NCBI RefSeq assembly: GCF_006345805.1
Contig: NC_042997.1
Location: forward strand, 201,314,001-201,378,000
From: Octopus sinensis
Lineage: Eukaryota
Length of the DNA stretch: 64,000 bases
Direction of reading: 5' to 3'
Shown: in pieces, positions 12,424 through 24,601 of the stretch
How positions within the stretch are numbered: the stretch's first letter is position 1
Layout of the letters: every line of letters begins with the position of its first letter
Position numbers and translations under genes: made by a program
Notes under the pieces: generated by a model
What the model was told of the DNA's origin: nothing
Seen by the model: only the letters and a program-made list of their open reading frames with translations
Database searches by the model: none

Positions 12424-13565
12424 GAGTGTATTTTTACCTTGTTAACAATTAACACGGAAAAAATAAATAAATAGTTACCTGGGTAGCAAAAATCTCACAA
12501 GTAAAGATGTCGTAACTCCTTGTTTATAAAGGAGAAACTTCGTGTTTTATGTGGAATATTTTGAATAATATATGAATAAATAAATGGAGTTTAACGCAGG
12601 TGTAAATCAAATATTTTCACTTTCGACAAATGTTTCGAAAATTCCACTGATGCTATTCAAAATAATAAATGGTATAAACAATGCAATCTTCTCCTCAGGA
12701 AAGTGAAAAAAACGAAACTCGTCAATAAGACATTTTAGCAAAAATGATGGATTTTTATAGCGATTGACAGAACGCTATTAATATTGTTTAAAAAAACGTT
12801 ATATGATATAACGTCATAAGTAGCTAACAGAAAGAGTAGGGATACCAATAGTGAATGTTAAATATAAAGGAAATTAAAGTTTAAATTATATATAATGATA
12901 GAGACTACTTATATGCACAAAATGTGTGTTTTTGCCAATGCTTACATCTGTATGCTCGCTCTATAACCGTGTTTACTAGAGTATTTTTAGAAAAAATAAT
13001 GAAAAATAGTTCAGAATTGCAGAGAAGACAGAATTCCTTGCCTTTGTCATAAGGTATCGAAATTGAGGGAATCAACCATTCTAAATGAAATTGTTCATTG
13101 TGGTCTTTTAAATCCCAAATCAGTTGCTGAGACCGGTACTATTACGTTTATTTCTATCCCTAAATGTTGAGTAATGGATAGAAATTCTTTTAGATAACTC
13201 TAACGATGTGCTTCCAATGTAAAATCGTGCTTTATTACGAGTACTGATTATACACTGGTATATAGAATTTTTAATCTTAGACTTACTTTACATAAACTTA
13301 ATTCTATTGGAATTGACTTCAGATACAATAACCTTGTTATTAATATTTCTAGAGGGTTGGATGATATAAGCTAAATTAATGTTAGTATTAGTAAATGTAT
13401 TAATATTTAACAGTTAATCTCCCTCTTCTGTTTCGTCAAGCTATTGCTAGGAATTTTCCAAAAAATTCTAGATATTACTCTATTATCAATTCACATACGG
13501 TTAGGATCGGTTTTTCAAACACAAAAAATCTCTTACAAATTATCTCTTCACATAATAACAAACTG
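12420..13565 (-). mobile_element. Penelope-like element 3' relic: disrupted GIY-YIG endonuclease plus 3' hammerhead
   Basis: Minus-strand translation of about 13290-12905: IKNSIYQCIISTRNKARFYIGSTSLELSKRISIHYSTF...STGLSN*..WDLK...EW...PYDKGKEFCLLCNSE...RCKH, with stops and frameshifts. The 3' end abuts (TA)n. Confidence 0.85.
12614..12709 (-). ncRNA. Type I hammerhead ribozyme, intact core
   Basis: UUUUCACUUUC-CUGAGGA-GAAGAUUgCAUUG...CAGUGgAAUUUUC-GAAA-C-AUUU-GUC^GAAAGUGAAAA: 11-bp stem I, long stem II, GUC cleavage triplet. Confidence 0.88.
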
Positions 13566-13611
13566 TTAAATATTAACAGACAGACAGACGGACAGATAGA
13601 TAGATAGATAA

Positions 13612-13732
<121 letters not shown>

Positions 13733-13734
13733 TA

Positions 13735-14700
13735 TCAGTTGAATAAAATTAAAATATAATCCAGTTTTCACGTTTTTTATTATGCTATTTTAACAAAAAA
13801 ATATTTTGTAATGTTCATAAAGTTCAATTGGCGCTTTCATACGTTCGTAGTAATCACCAGATTTCAAAATGTATTTAACTGACAGTTGAGTTCTTGACAT
13901 CTGTATTAAAATGACAGACTTCTTCCTTTTAATACTTCTTAGAAGGCTCCAACAAGCTGAATTTTTCGAATACGATTTTGACCAATTCGCATGCGGCTCA
14001 AACGTCACGCTTTGCCAGGCGTACTGATACTACTGGCATAGATCCCCACCTTTATTTTAACCAATTAGCTTTCAGTTTACATGCAATGGTTTTAGGAATG
14101 AGCAAACTTAGTTGGTTTTGATCGTTTTTATTTCTTCTGTAATTTGTTTATATTCGTATGTTAAAGATATTTTTTAACCCACGTCATTAACTGGTTGTTA
14201 TATTATTGCTGTTATTTCCGTTCAAAACAGGTTTTAACACTTTAATAAACCGTTTTTCTTTTATCTTTCTTCCATCCTCAATTGTGTCATGCAGTTTGTG
14301 GAAAGGAAAAATTAGAAGCATTTTCCGATCACATGTTTTTATATGTTCGCCCAATGGAATTTGGCGAACATTGGTATTCCAGATTTGTTGTCTGTGGACT
14401 TGTGAGCGTTCCAATAATGCATTCCCTGTCTCGCCAATGTATAGGATCTCTCACAATTCGGACATTAAATGCAGTAAGTAAAATTTCTGCATTTGCAGTT
14501 CATATCTTCATTTGCAAAAATCTGTCAATTTTTTGTTCTAATGGATCTAACTGTATGCATTATCTAACGTTCCATATCTGTTATAATTACACTTGGATAC
14601 TGTCAATGTTTTATCCAGTTTGTTCATGTTGAATCTTGTCTTTGTTAATAGTTTCTTTAGATTATGTGGTTACCTTTTGCTTAAGGTAAGTGTTTTATTA
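13735..14700 (-). mobile_element. Second Penelope-like element relic (CCHH-type GIY-YIG)
   Basis: Minus strand 14500-14190: MNCKCRNFTYCI*CPNCE/YIGETGNALLERSQVHRQQI...EHIKTC...KEKRFIKVLKPVLN. Confidence 0.82.
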
Positions 14701-14704
14701 GTTA

Positions 14705-15074
14705 CTAGCAGTATCGCCCGGCGTTGCTCGGGTTTGTAAGGGAAATAACTATATAAGCATTTTTAGAGAGTTATAGCCAAAAAATAGCAAAAAAATGCAT
14801 TAAAAATGGGAAAAAAATTATGGTAAATTTTTTTTTTAATCGTTGACTCATCGTAGACATTTTTAGAGAGTTACTTCCCTTATATAATAGCGAAAAAATG
14901 CATTAAAATGGGAAAAAAGGATTTTTTAAAAAGTCGTAGACTCATCGTAGACGCGCGCTAATACCCAGAAGGGCTCGATATGAATCACGACTAAACTGCA
15001 CCGCAAAATGTGGGAGTAGTTAGGAATCTAAATCGTATGAGACAGACACACAACTTGACTTTTATATATAAAAA
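14705..15074 (-). mobile_element. Non-autonomous Helitron
   Basis: Minus-strand 3' end has hairpin CCCGAGC-AAC-GCCGGG then CTAG|T; the 5' end is T(C>T)TTTATATATAAAAG after an A. Confidence 0.72.
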
Positions 15075-15586
15075 TGTTTTTAAATTTTTCTCTCTCTCTC
15101 TGTCTATAGAGAGATGGTTAACTATGAAAACAACACACTGCTAACACAAAGGAGTCCATTGTATTGTCTTATAAGTTTTTAATATACGTGGTTGTCTATC
15201 ATGGTTGCAAAACGAAATTAATATATATATATCCTTAAACAAGAGAGCACCATAACTCTATTACAGTTGTTCATATTACACATCAATGAGTATTAATGAC
15301 AAAATTCAAGACTATCACGAAGATGAGGGTGAGAGGCATTATTTTAGCTCTCACAAAAACAACAATCAACAATATTATACAAAAAACCAAAAAGCAAGAG
15401 GAGAAAACTGTAATTGGAGATTTTATAGAAAAATAGACATGATGTTTGCAGTTTGTCATAGATTTAGAGCAATATTTTATTAATATATTTTGAAGCATGA
15501 CAGCTATCATATGAAAACTTGGCAGGTGGTCCTTACAGCAAGCCATGTATTCAACGAATGATGCTACAACTCAACACCTGCCTTAA

Positions 15587-16275
15587 CCCTTTCGTTACAG
15601 TATTTATTTTGAGATGCTCGCTGTTTCTTTCAATTACTTATATATATAACAAAGAATTTAGTAAAATAACTTAGTTATCATTCAGCTAGTGTTAGGAACA
15701 TAAATTGTGACTAAGGTTTTGTGAAAGATTTTAAATCAAAACTTATGAAAACAAGGCATTTGTACTACAGAGTCAGAGGCAGTTTCAGCCAGGTTGGTAA
15801 TGAAAGGGTTAAATTAATCATTTTTTAACCCTTTTGTTACCATATTTATTTTGAGATATGCTGTTTATTTCAATTACTTTATATATAACAAAGAATTTAG
15901 TAAAATAACTTAGTTATCATTCAGCTAGTGTTAGGAACATAAATTGTGACTAAGATTTTAATTCAAAACTTATGAAAACAAGACATTTGTACTACAGAGT
16001 CAGAGGTAGTTTCAGCCAGGTTGGTAATGAAAGGGTTAAATTAATCAGTTTTTAACCCTTTCATTACTGTATTTATTTTGAGATGCTCTGTGTTTCTTTG
16101 AATTAATTTTAAATATAACAAAGAATTTAGTAAAATATCTTGGATATCATTAAGCTAGTGTTAGGAACATAAATTGTGACTAAGGTTTGGTGGAAGATTT
16201 TAATTCAAAACTTATGAAGACAAGGCATTTGTCCTCAGAGCCAGAAGTGGTTTCAGACAGGTGGTAACAAAAGGG
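15587..16275. mobile_element. Three tandem piggyBac-type TTAA MITEs (15587-15808, 15829-16035, 16056-16275)
   Basis: Each unit is about 210-220 bp and reads TTAA-CCCTTT...AAAGGG-TTAA; the units are mutually similar. Confidence 0.88.
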
Positions 16276-16596
16276 TTAAAGGGTCACTTTTGCAATGTGT
16301 ACCTGTTGACTTTTATGAGGACATATTTATAAAAAATGTGCATAAATGTTTCTTTTTTAAATTTGCTAAGTCTGGAGGAAGAGGCAAGGGTCATGATATT
16401 TGCAGCTCATCTGAGACTGGTGAGCAAGAGGCAATGTTTCTGTTTAAGCAGTCGTCTACAGAGAACAACTCCTCCGTTTGGACAATGTGTTCATAATGCA
16501 CTTAATTCATTGAGGTAAGAGGATTTCGAGGCAACAGTGTTTCGACTTTTCAGTATCTTTTCAGTTAAAGCTATCTCTAGATCTGGTTGGGCATCC

Positions 16597-16803
16597 TCCT
16601 CCACCACCACCACCTCCTCCTCCTCATCATCATCATCATCATCAACATCATCATTAACATCATCGTCGCCGTCGTCATCATCATCATCATCATCATCATC
16701 GTCATTAACATCATCGTCATCATCATCATCATCATCATCGTCATCATCATCATCATCATCATCACCACCATCATCATCATCGTCATTATCGTCGTCGTCG
16801 TCG

Positions 16804-16858
<55 letters not shown>
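16597..16858. repeat. Expanded (CAT/CGT)n tail of the (GAT)n-tailed family
   Basis: Direct reading; produces the poly-D, poly-S and poly-M pseudo-ORFs. Confidence 0.95.
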
Positions 16859-19427
16859 GTAACGTCTGTTTCCCATGCTGGCATGGGTTGGTCAGTTTGG
16901 CAGTAGGTGGCCACCTGGAGAGTTGCCCAGGCACCATGCCCGTCTTGGTATGGTTTCTATGGCTGAATGCCCCTGCCTAACACCAACCACTTTACAGAGT
17001 GTACTAAATGCTTTTACACAGCACCGACACAAGAGTTCTTTATGTGGCACTGGTACACGTGTTCCTTATGGTGGCACCAGCACCCACAAGCCTGCAAGAT
17101 TAGGAATGCTCAGCAGGAAAGGGATCCAAAGGATGATCCTGTATGCCAGGACAACCATGCTTTTACTTAGCTTGGTGGGTTTTCTCAACTACAGCAAACC
17201 ACCAGGAGTCTTGGTCCTCTGTCATCTCCTCTGTGGGTCCCAATGTCAGTAGATCCTTTCTCACCACTTCATCAGAAATTGAAGCTTTGAAAAAAATTAT
17301 AATTTCATAGAGCAGAAAGAGGATAATTAAAACAGAGGCAAAGATGGTTATCCACAAGGGTGAGGTCTATGAGTCAGAGTGGCTGTTCAAGTACATCTCC
17401 TTTCCCATCCTCTGGGAAAATGCCTTTTACATTTTGTCCACTGGGACCATGAGGTAGACTGACAAACCTTTTTAGATATTTCTTTACTGAGGAAGAGAAA
17501 AGATACGATGATTTAGACAGGGCCCTTCATCAAACTTCAGTATTATTTGCCAAAACAACATAGAAATGTGTTTGTTTGTAAATTGACAAAAGTAAAGTTT
17601 TGTTCCAGCAGATGGAATGCAATGGAAACACAGTACCTCATGCCATTGATGGAAAATAGCAGAACTATATCAAAAATTTTAACACATAATATTCTGCCAT
17701 TCCATCTTTTACATTTACAAGAACTGTTAAACATAAATGAAATGCTTTATTGACTTGTAATGAGGACAAAGAGTCTTCCTATGAGGTTATGTGATGACTT
17801 ATCTAGGCATTCAAAAACTGTTTCCGTTTGAAACTTGGAGCAGTGAAGGCATGAAAATTGATGTGGTCGTGAAAGACAAGGAAAGGATTCTGATGAACTT
17901 AGCTGACTGATTGATTGAGTAGTTTATTATTCAAATTATTAGATCATCATCATCATCGTCGTCATCGTCGTCGTCATAATCATCATCATCATCATCGTCA
18001 TCATCACCATCATCTTTCAACATCCATTTTCTGTGCTGGCATGGGTTGGAGAGTTTTGACAGAGCTTGCAAGCCAGAAGGCTGCTCTCGCTCCAGTTTCC
18101 TGTTTTGGCATGCTTTCTGTTGGGGGATGCCCCTTCCTATCACCGACTCCTTTACAGAATGCATTGGGTGCTTTTTTAATATGTCACCAGCATGAAAAGA
18201 AGTGAAATAGAACTGGTGTGTGTTTATTATTGGCATAATGACCCTCTCAAGATACAACAAAATCTGTTATAACACATGAGTTCCCTTCAAGAATCTTGCA
18301 AACCCAATACAACAATTCCCTTTTCGAAAGGATGCAAGATTTATAAAAACGAATAGGTCACCATTTATGTAGTAATGTTACAGCTAGAAAAGTACCGAAG
18401 ACATCAGAATGACATAGTGTCATTCATTTATTATTGAAATAACTTAGAGTTATAGTTATAACCAATTCCCATACAAAATACATCTACAGATGATTTGCAA
18501 AATAAAATGACACGTTTCATAATGTTTATTCCAAAAATTCTAGGATTTGGTGAGTTTTACAAAACATGAGAGTTAACTGTTAGAAATAATATTTTTCCCT
18601 TATTATTCGCTGAATAGAATTGCTTCAGTTAAAAACAGTGTTTATGCTATCAGTTTGTGATAAATCAATACATAATATCTACAGCAGGTGAGAATAAACA
18701 TAAATGGAATCCCATATCATGCCATTAGATATCCGGCTCATTTTGTTCAAACTGTTTAATAAAGCTGTTGTTTTATATTTATAAGAAAGACATCAAGATT
18801 TATGTATCATTTATCCTAATCATAGTTTTACCATAAGTCCAGCAGGGGTTCTAATATATAAAAGTGATTATAGAAATGAAGAATAGACGCTGCAGTATAC
18901 AAGTAATAAAGGCTAATTACAGTACGCTATACTTGAAGGTTTTTTTTGTTGGTTTTTCTTTTTGCCCAGAAAGTTAAACACATTCCAACCATGACCACCT
19001 TGTTCAGACAGTTTGAAATTGGTTGCTTTTGTTGAGCCATAAAGTCAGCTCTAAATGGGCAGAAGTATGATCAAAGACATTCTGGCCGATTGTGGATATA
19101 CTGCAGAAAGTCACTAAACTATGATATTCATCTTGAGAAGCATCCCATATAGATGTACAGTGCTAAAAAGCACAGAAATGTAATGGTAGCAGACGAAAAG
19201 TATCCAGCAGTTGTAGTATAATTTCCAGATCTGGGATTTCTGCAAACTTGCACATCATCAGTAGCAAGCATCCATTATCAGCTGCAGGCTTAGACAAATT
19301 TCACTTCTACCAATATAGCAAAACAGTGATATACATATCACTGATGTCACAGGTAGCTGGTAGACTGAGTAAAAATTTAATATTAGTGACAGATTCAGTA
19401 CTGCTATTGTCACTAATAATGAATTAT

Positions 19428-19624
19428 GTTCTATATTTAAGAGATGAGGAATTATGTACATTATTTACATTATTTACATTTGACAGATATTCATCCTCAT
19501 CTTGTTTTGGATGATACACCCTCCAGCCTTCATCAGGTGTCTTGGGGAAATTTTGAACCTGAATTCTTATTCCTAAGGTATCTTTCGATGTTATTATTAT
19601 TATTATATTATTATTATGATTATC

Positions 19625-19655
<31 letters not shown>

Positions 19656-19727
19656 TCACTGCCTGGAATCGAACTTGGAATCTTAGAGTTAGCAGCCTGC
19701 CCTCTTAACCACTACGCCATATGCCCA
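19428..19727 (-). mobile_element. tRNA-headed SINE-like element with hammerhead-derived tail
   Basis: Head 19652-19726 (A box TGGCGTAGTGG, loop CTGCTAA, B box GTTCGATTCC), then (AAT)n linker, then GACAC-CTGATGA-AGGCTG... (core damaged in this copy). Confidence 0.82.
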
Positions 19728-20000
19728 TGGGCATATTGCATAGTGGTTATGCTGTCTTGCTTTCTATGTTCAAGTAGTCTGCTCTCTCTAATTAAATAAA
19801 AGTTAATAAAATGTTTCCCTTTCATAAAATTCAAATCAGTATGTATTAACCACTGATAATAACATCGAAAAATACCTGAGGAATGAGAATGCAGGTTTGA
19901 AATTTCCCCAAGACACCTGATGAAGGCTGGAGGGCGTATCAGCCAAAACAAGATGAGGACAAATATCCATCAAATGTAAATAATGTAAATAATGTGAATA
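19728..20000 (+). mobile_element. Inverted partner copy of the same element (head stub, foreign 105-bp insert, HHR tail)
   Basis: tgggcatattgcatagtggtta mirrors 19706-19727; tail 19857-20000 contains gacacctgatgaaggctggagggcgtatcagcc. Confidence 0.78.
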
Positions 20001-21569
20001 ATGGATTCTATTTATAACCATTTGATCTTTTCAAGATAGCTTATGTCAGACTTACATTATTAGAGATGTCCTTTCTTTTCTTATTAAAGAGAGTAAGAAA
20101 TGATTTTGAGGAAGGTTAGTCTGCTTTATCTAGCAGGTTGAATTACCAGGTTTGGGGTTACTCAATGACCTTTAGAATTAGTTGTAGCTGTAATAGAGAA
20201 GATAGATTTGTTTGATGTATGAGAGCAACACCTAGGAAGGAAATATTTGATTATTTCTTTACAATGTTAATTTGGAAACCCAAATCCCCAATCATCTTTA
20301 CAATTCCCACATCGAAAGATATTCATAAATTCATAATTGAATTGCTATGAGTAAAAATACTGTTAAACAGTTGAGAGTCGACACAGAACTCTTCCTACAG
20401 CATTTGTATTCAGTTTACATTGAAATATAGAATAATCGAATCATTTTACTGAGATGTTTCACAAAGTATTCACAGAAATACTAATAGCAGTTGTGAGATA
20501 AGAATGTCATCTGAATCACTAATGACACAGAAACTGTTATTTCTAGGTAGACCTGGATAATTCTTATTAACCCAAGGCATAGTTAAAAAAACAAACCCAG
20601 TTTAAATGACATATTTGATTAGCAATTATATGTTTCTTTATTACCCATCATCATCATCATTATCATCATCGTTTAACATCTACTTTCCATGCTAGCATGG
20701 GTTGGACGATTTGACTGAAATCTGGCGAACAAGATTGCTGTACCAGGTTCCGATCTGATTTGGCAGAGTTTCTACAGCTGGATGCCCTTCCTAATGCCAA
20801 CCACTCCGAGAGTGTAGTGGGTACTTTTACGTGCCACCAGCACGAGGACTAGTTTGGTGGTACTGGTAACAGCCATGCCCAAATGGTGCTTTTTATGTGC
20901 CACCTGCACAGGTGCCAGTCCAGCGGCACTGGCGACGACCTCACTCAAATATTTCACGTGCCACCATCACAAGTGCTAGTAAGGTGACACGGTAACAATC
21001 ATGCTCGAAGGGGCTAAACATAGAGGGGACAAACAAGGACAGACAAACAGATTAAGTCGATTACATCGACACCAGTACGTAACTGGTACTTAATTTATCG
21101 ACCCCAAAAGGATGAAAGGCAAAGTCGACCTCGGTGGAATTTGAACTCAGAACGTAACGGGAGACGAAATACGGCTACGCATTTCGCCCGGCATGCTAAT
21201 GATTCTGCCAGCTCACCGCCTTGATTAACAATTATAATAAAAGCCATACTATCTTTAATAGACACCAATCTGTTCTAAGACTTACAGAGAATATATCGAA
21301 GCAGATGATCTGGTTACTACATAGAACAACCTCAGAGACTACATCAAATATTTCTTGTTACTCTCTATCAGGACTTCCATCAGTCAAAGGTGGGTGGAAT
21401 ATAAAAAGAAAATGAATAGAATTTTTAAACCATGTTTTTTAAAGGAAATTCTTTTATGCATATCAAAATATTTTACTGTGTATTACTATTTACAATTGTC
21501 CAATCATAGAGAATATTCTGCTTGTGGCGGGGAGTGGTGGTGATCAAGTAACCAGTTACAGATTTTAGT

Positions 21570-21621
21570 AGAAGAAGAACAAGAAGAACATGAACAAGAA
21601 CAAGAATAATAATAATAATAA

Positions 21622-21652
<31 letters not shown>

Positions 21653-22192
21653 AAGAAGAAGAAGAAGAGAAGAACAACAACAACAACAACAACAACAAAA
21701 GTGCTGCAGCTCAAGAATAATAAAAAATATCCTTTGGTTAAAAAGCCAACTTTTTTTCATTTCTTCCAATATTCAAGTTTATTCTCTCATCAATGTTTTG
21801 GAACATATATTTTATTATTCTATTTTTATTTTATCTATACTCATTTCTTTCTTTCTTTCTTTCTTCTTCTTCTTCTTCTTCTTCTTCTTCTTCTTCTTCT
21901 TCTTCTTCTTCTTCTTCTTCTCCATCTTCTTCTTCTTTTTCTTCTTCTCCTTCCCTTCTTCTTCTTCCCCTTCTTCTTCTTCTCCTTCTTCTTCTCCTTC
22001 CCTTCTTCTCCTTCTTCTTCTTCTCCTTCCCTTCTTCTTCTTCTTCTTCTTCTTCTTCTTCTTCTTCTTCTTCTTCTTCTTCTCATTATTATTATTATTT
22101 TTATTATTAATATTATTATTATTATTATTATCATTATTGTTATTATTATATTATTATTATTATCATTATTATTATTATTTTCCTTCTTCTTC
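21570..22192. repeat. Compound trinucleotide tracts: (GAA)n/(AAT)n/(AAC)n then (CTT)n/(ATT)n
   Basis: Direct reading of the sequence. Confidence 0.95.
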
Positions 22193-23232
22193 GGTGTAAT
22201 ATTTTTCACTCCACTGCTTTGTGCATTTCCATCATATACTGCCCTGGAGCATTTTTACTCAAAGTCTCTATAGCTCCATGATAGAAATGAATAAATTTTC
22301 CAAAAGTGCCAAGAATGTAATTAATGCGACAGATTACCAAAAAAAAGGTTTATACTCGTGGTTCCTTGTGGTTCCTTATCCAATTGATTTTTTTTTAAAT
22401 ATCGATTTGTAGAGAAGTGAAGTCATAGACGTTTTTTTTTTCCCTGGAATATTTCCCATATTATAGTAGCAATTCTGTCTTTCTGTATTTTATGCAGCCA
22501 TTGAATATTGCTATTTCATACATTTGTTAAGGAAATATGGTGTAAACAGTTGATATTTACTGCACAAAATATGAATATGCTGTCTTGCTTTCAATGTCCG
22601 AGTCGTCTGCTCTCTCTAATTAAATAAAAATTAATAAAATGTTTCCATTTCATAAAATTCAAATCAATATATATTAACCACTATATTGATCAATATATCA
22701 ATCAATTTCCACCAGCATATCAATCAACTGATCAATCATTCAGATATTGCGGTATGAAACATCAGAAAAAAAATATATAATTATGTCGGAGATATTCAGT
22801 TCTGACATGACTTGTTTAACGCAGGCAGTCAGCCATGTCGGCCTTAACAAAAACCCTGCCGTGTTTCTGTCGGAATACACTGACTAGGTTTCAATTAATT
22901 TGGAAAATTATGAAGAATTTAATAATAAAATAACTTTGTAAGTAGTAAAGCTGGTATTCGGGACATAAATTAACATGGAGGAGCTGTTTGATAACACAAA
23001 ATGCTCTTAAATTCACTTCGGATTTAAATTTATTTCAGGAGGTGTCAAAATCTCTAAAGCATGATTACATTGTAGTCTCTGATGCAGTTCCACTGCACTC
23101 AAGCATGACATACATACATACATACATACATACATACATACATACATACATACATACATACATACATACATGCATACATACATACATACATATATGCATA
23201 CATATATGCATACATATATGGCATACATATAA

Positions 23233-23277
<45 letters not shown>

Positions 23278-23278
<1 letters not shown>

Positions 23279-24582
23279 CATTATATAAAAGGGCTTAGTA
23301 AAATAAATTACTTTGCCGCATACTGAACTCATTAGAAATAGTAGCTAAAAAAACTTTTTTAAAAACTATTTCTAATACTTAAAGAAAACCTCTCTCATAT
23401 AGTGTTTGCTCAATCAACTCACGAAAGTATGGGGGTAAAGACATTAAAAAATCAAATGCAAAGGTTATTTGAGAACATACGTTTCAAGATTAGTCAACTC
23501 GACATTTCTATCATCAGCTCAGAACTCCTTGGTTGGATTTGAAAACACTGAAAGTGGGAGCATACCCTTTCGGCTTCTTATCGCTTCTGAAGATCTGCTC
23601 GAAACTAACAGTGCCAGCAAACTCAAATATGCAAGCGAAGAATTTCTGCTCTCCCCTTTCCACCAGCGTGGTTAAAATCAGCAAACACTATGCTTTTTTT
23701 CGGTAAATCCGAGGCATTAAATAGAGAGAGATGAATTATAATTTCAACAATTGAGGGTAAAATTAATTAATTATTAATCAATTTCACCAAGTATTCAGTA
23801 TGCAAAGGGACCATTTAAGGCGAATTCAAATTATTACATTATATAAAAGGGCTTAGTAAATAAATACTTTGCCGCATACTGAACTCATTAGAAATAGTAG
23901 CTAAAAAAACTTTTTTAAAAACTATTTCTAATACTTAAAGAAAACCTCTCTCATATAGTGTTTGCTCATTCAACTCACGAAAGTATGGGGGTAAAGACAT
24001 TAAAAAATCAAATGCAAAGGTTATTTGAGAACGTACGTTTCAAGATTAGTCAACTCAACATTTCTATCATCAGCTCAGAACTCCTTGGTTTGGATTTGAA
24101 AGGGGAGAGCAGAAATTCTTCGCTTGCATATTTGAGTTTGCTGGCACTGTTAGTTTCGAGCAGATCTTCAGAAGCGATAAGAAGCCGAAATGGTATGCTC
24201 CCACTTTCAGTGTTTTCAAATCCAAACCAAGGAGTTCTGAGCTGATGATAGAAATGTCGAGTTGACTAATCTTGAAACGTACGTTCTCAAATAACCTTTG
24301 CATTTGATTTTTTTAATGTCTTTACCCCCATACTTTCGTGAGTTGAATTGAGCAAACACTATATGAGAGAGGTTTTCTTTTTAGTATTAGAAATAGTTTT
24401 TAAAAAAGTTTTTTTAGCTACTATTTCTAATGAGTTCAGTATGCGGCAAAGTAATTTATTTTACTAAGCCTTTTATATAATGTAATAATTTGAATTCGCC
24501 TTAAATGGTCCCTTTGCATAGTGAAAACTTGGTGAAATTGATTAATAATTAATTAATTTTACCCTCAATTGTTGAAATTATA
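23278..24582. mobile_element. HHR-bearing non-coding repeat array: two tandem minus-strand units plus one inverted unit, bounded by (TA)n
   Basis: Tandem period about 556 bp; near-perfect inverted arms 23737-24101 and 24214-24582; HHR motifs at 23470-23521(-), 24026-24077(-) and 24238-24289(+). Confidence 0.88.
24238..24289 (+). ncRNA. Minimal type I hammerhead with palindromic stem III
   Basis: UGAG-CUGAUGA-UAGAaauGUCgaguuGACuaaUCUU-GAAA-C-GUAC-GUU^CUCA; palindrome AACGUACGUU. Confidence 0.78.
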
Positions 24583-24601
24583 TATATATATATATATATA
24601 T

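Noticed and set aside
13823-13867. CUGGUGA...GAAA downstream of the second PLE
   Set aside because: The position is plausible, but the core is mutated and stems I and III do not pair convincingly.
16370-16495. ETGEQEAMFLFKQ..LQR resembling the end of a CRE/ZENON retroelement
   Set aside because: Similarity too short and frameshifted to support a call.
16491-16980. Poly-Asp, poly-Ser and poly-Met ORFs
   Set aside because: Expanded (CAT)n tail of a retroposon.
19652-19726. Genuine tRNA gene
   Set aside because: No acceptor-stem pairing or T-run terminator; it continues into a repeat body, so it is a SINE head.
23585-23615. CTGAAGA-tctgctc-GAAAC on the strand opposite the real HHR
   Set aside because: No stem II pairing and no stem I partner.
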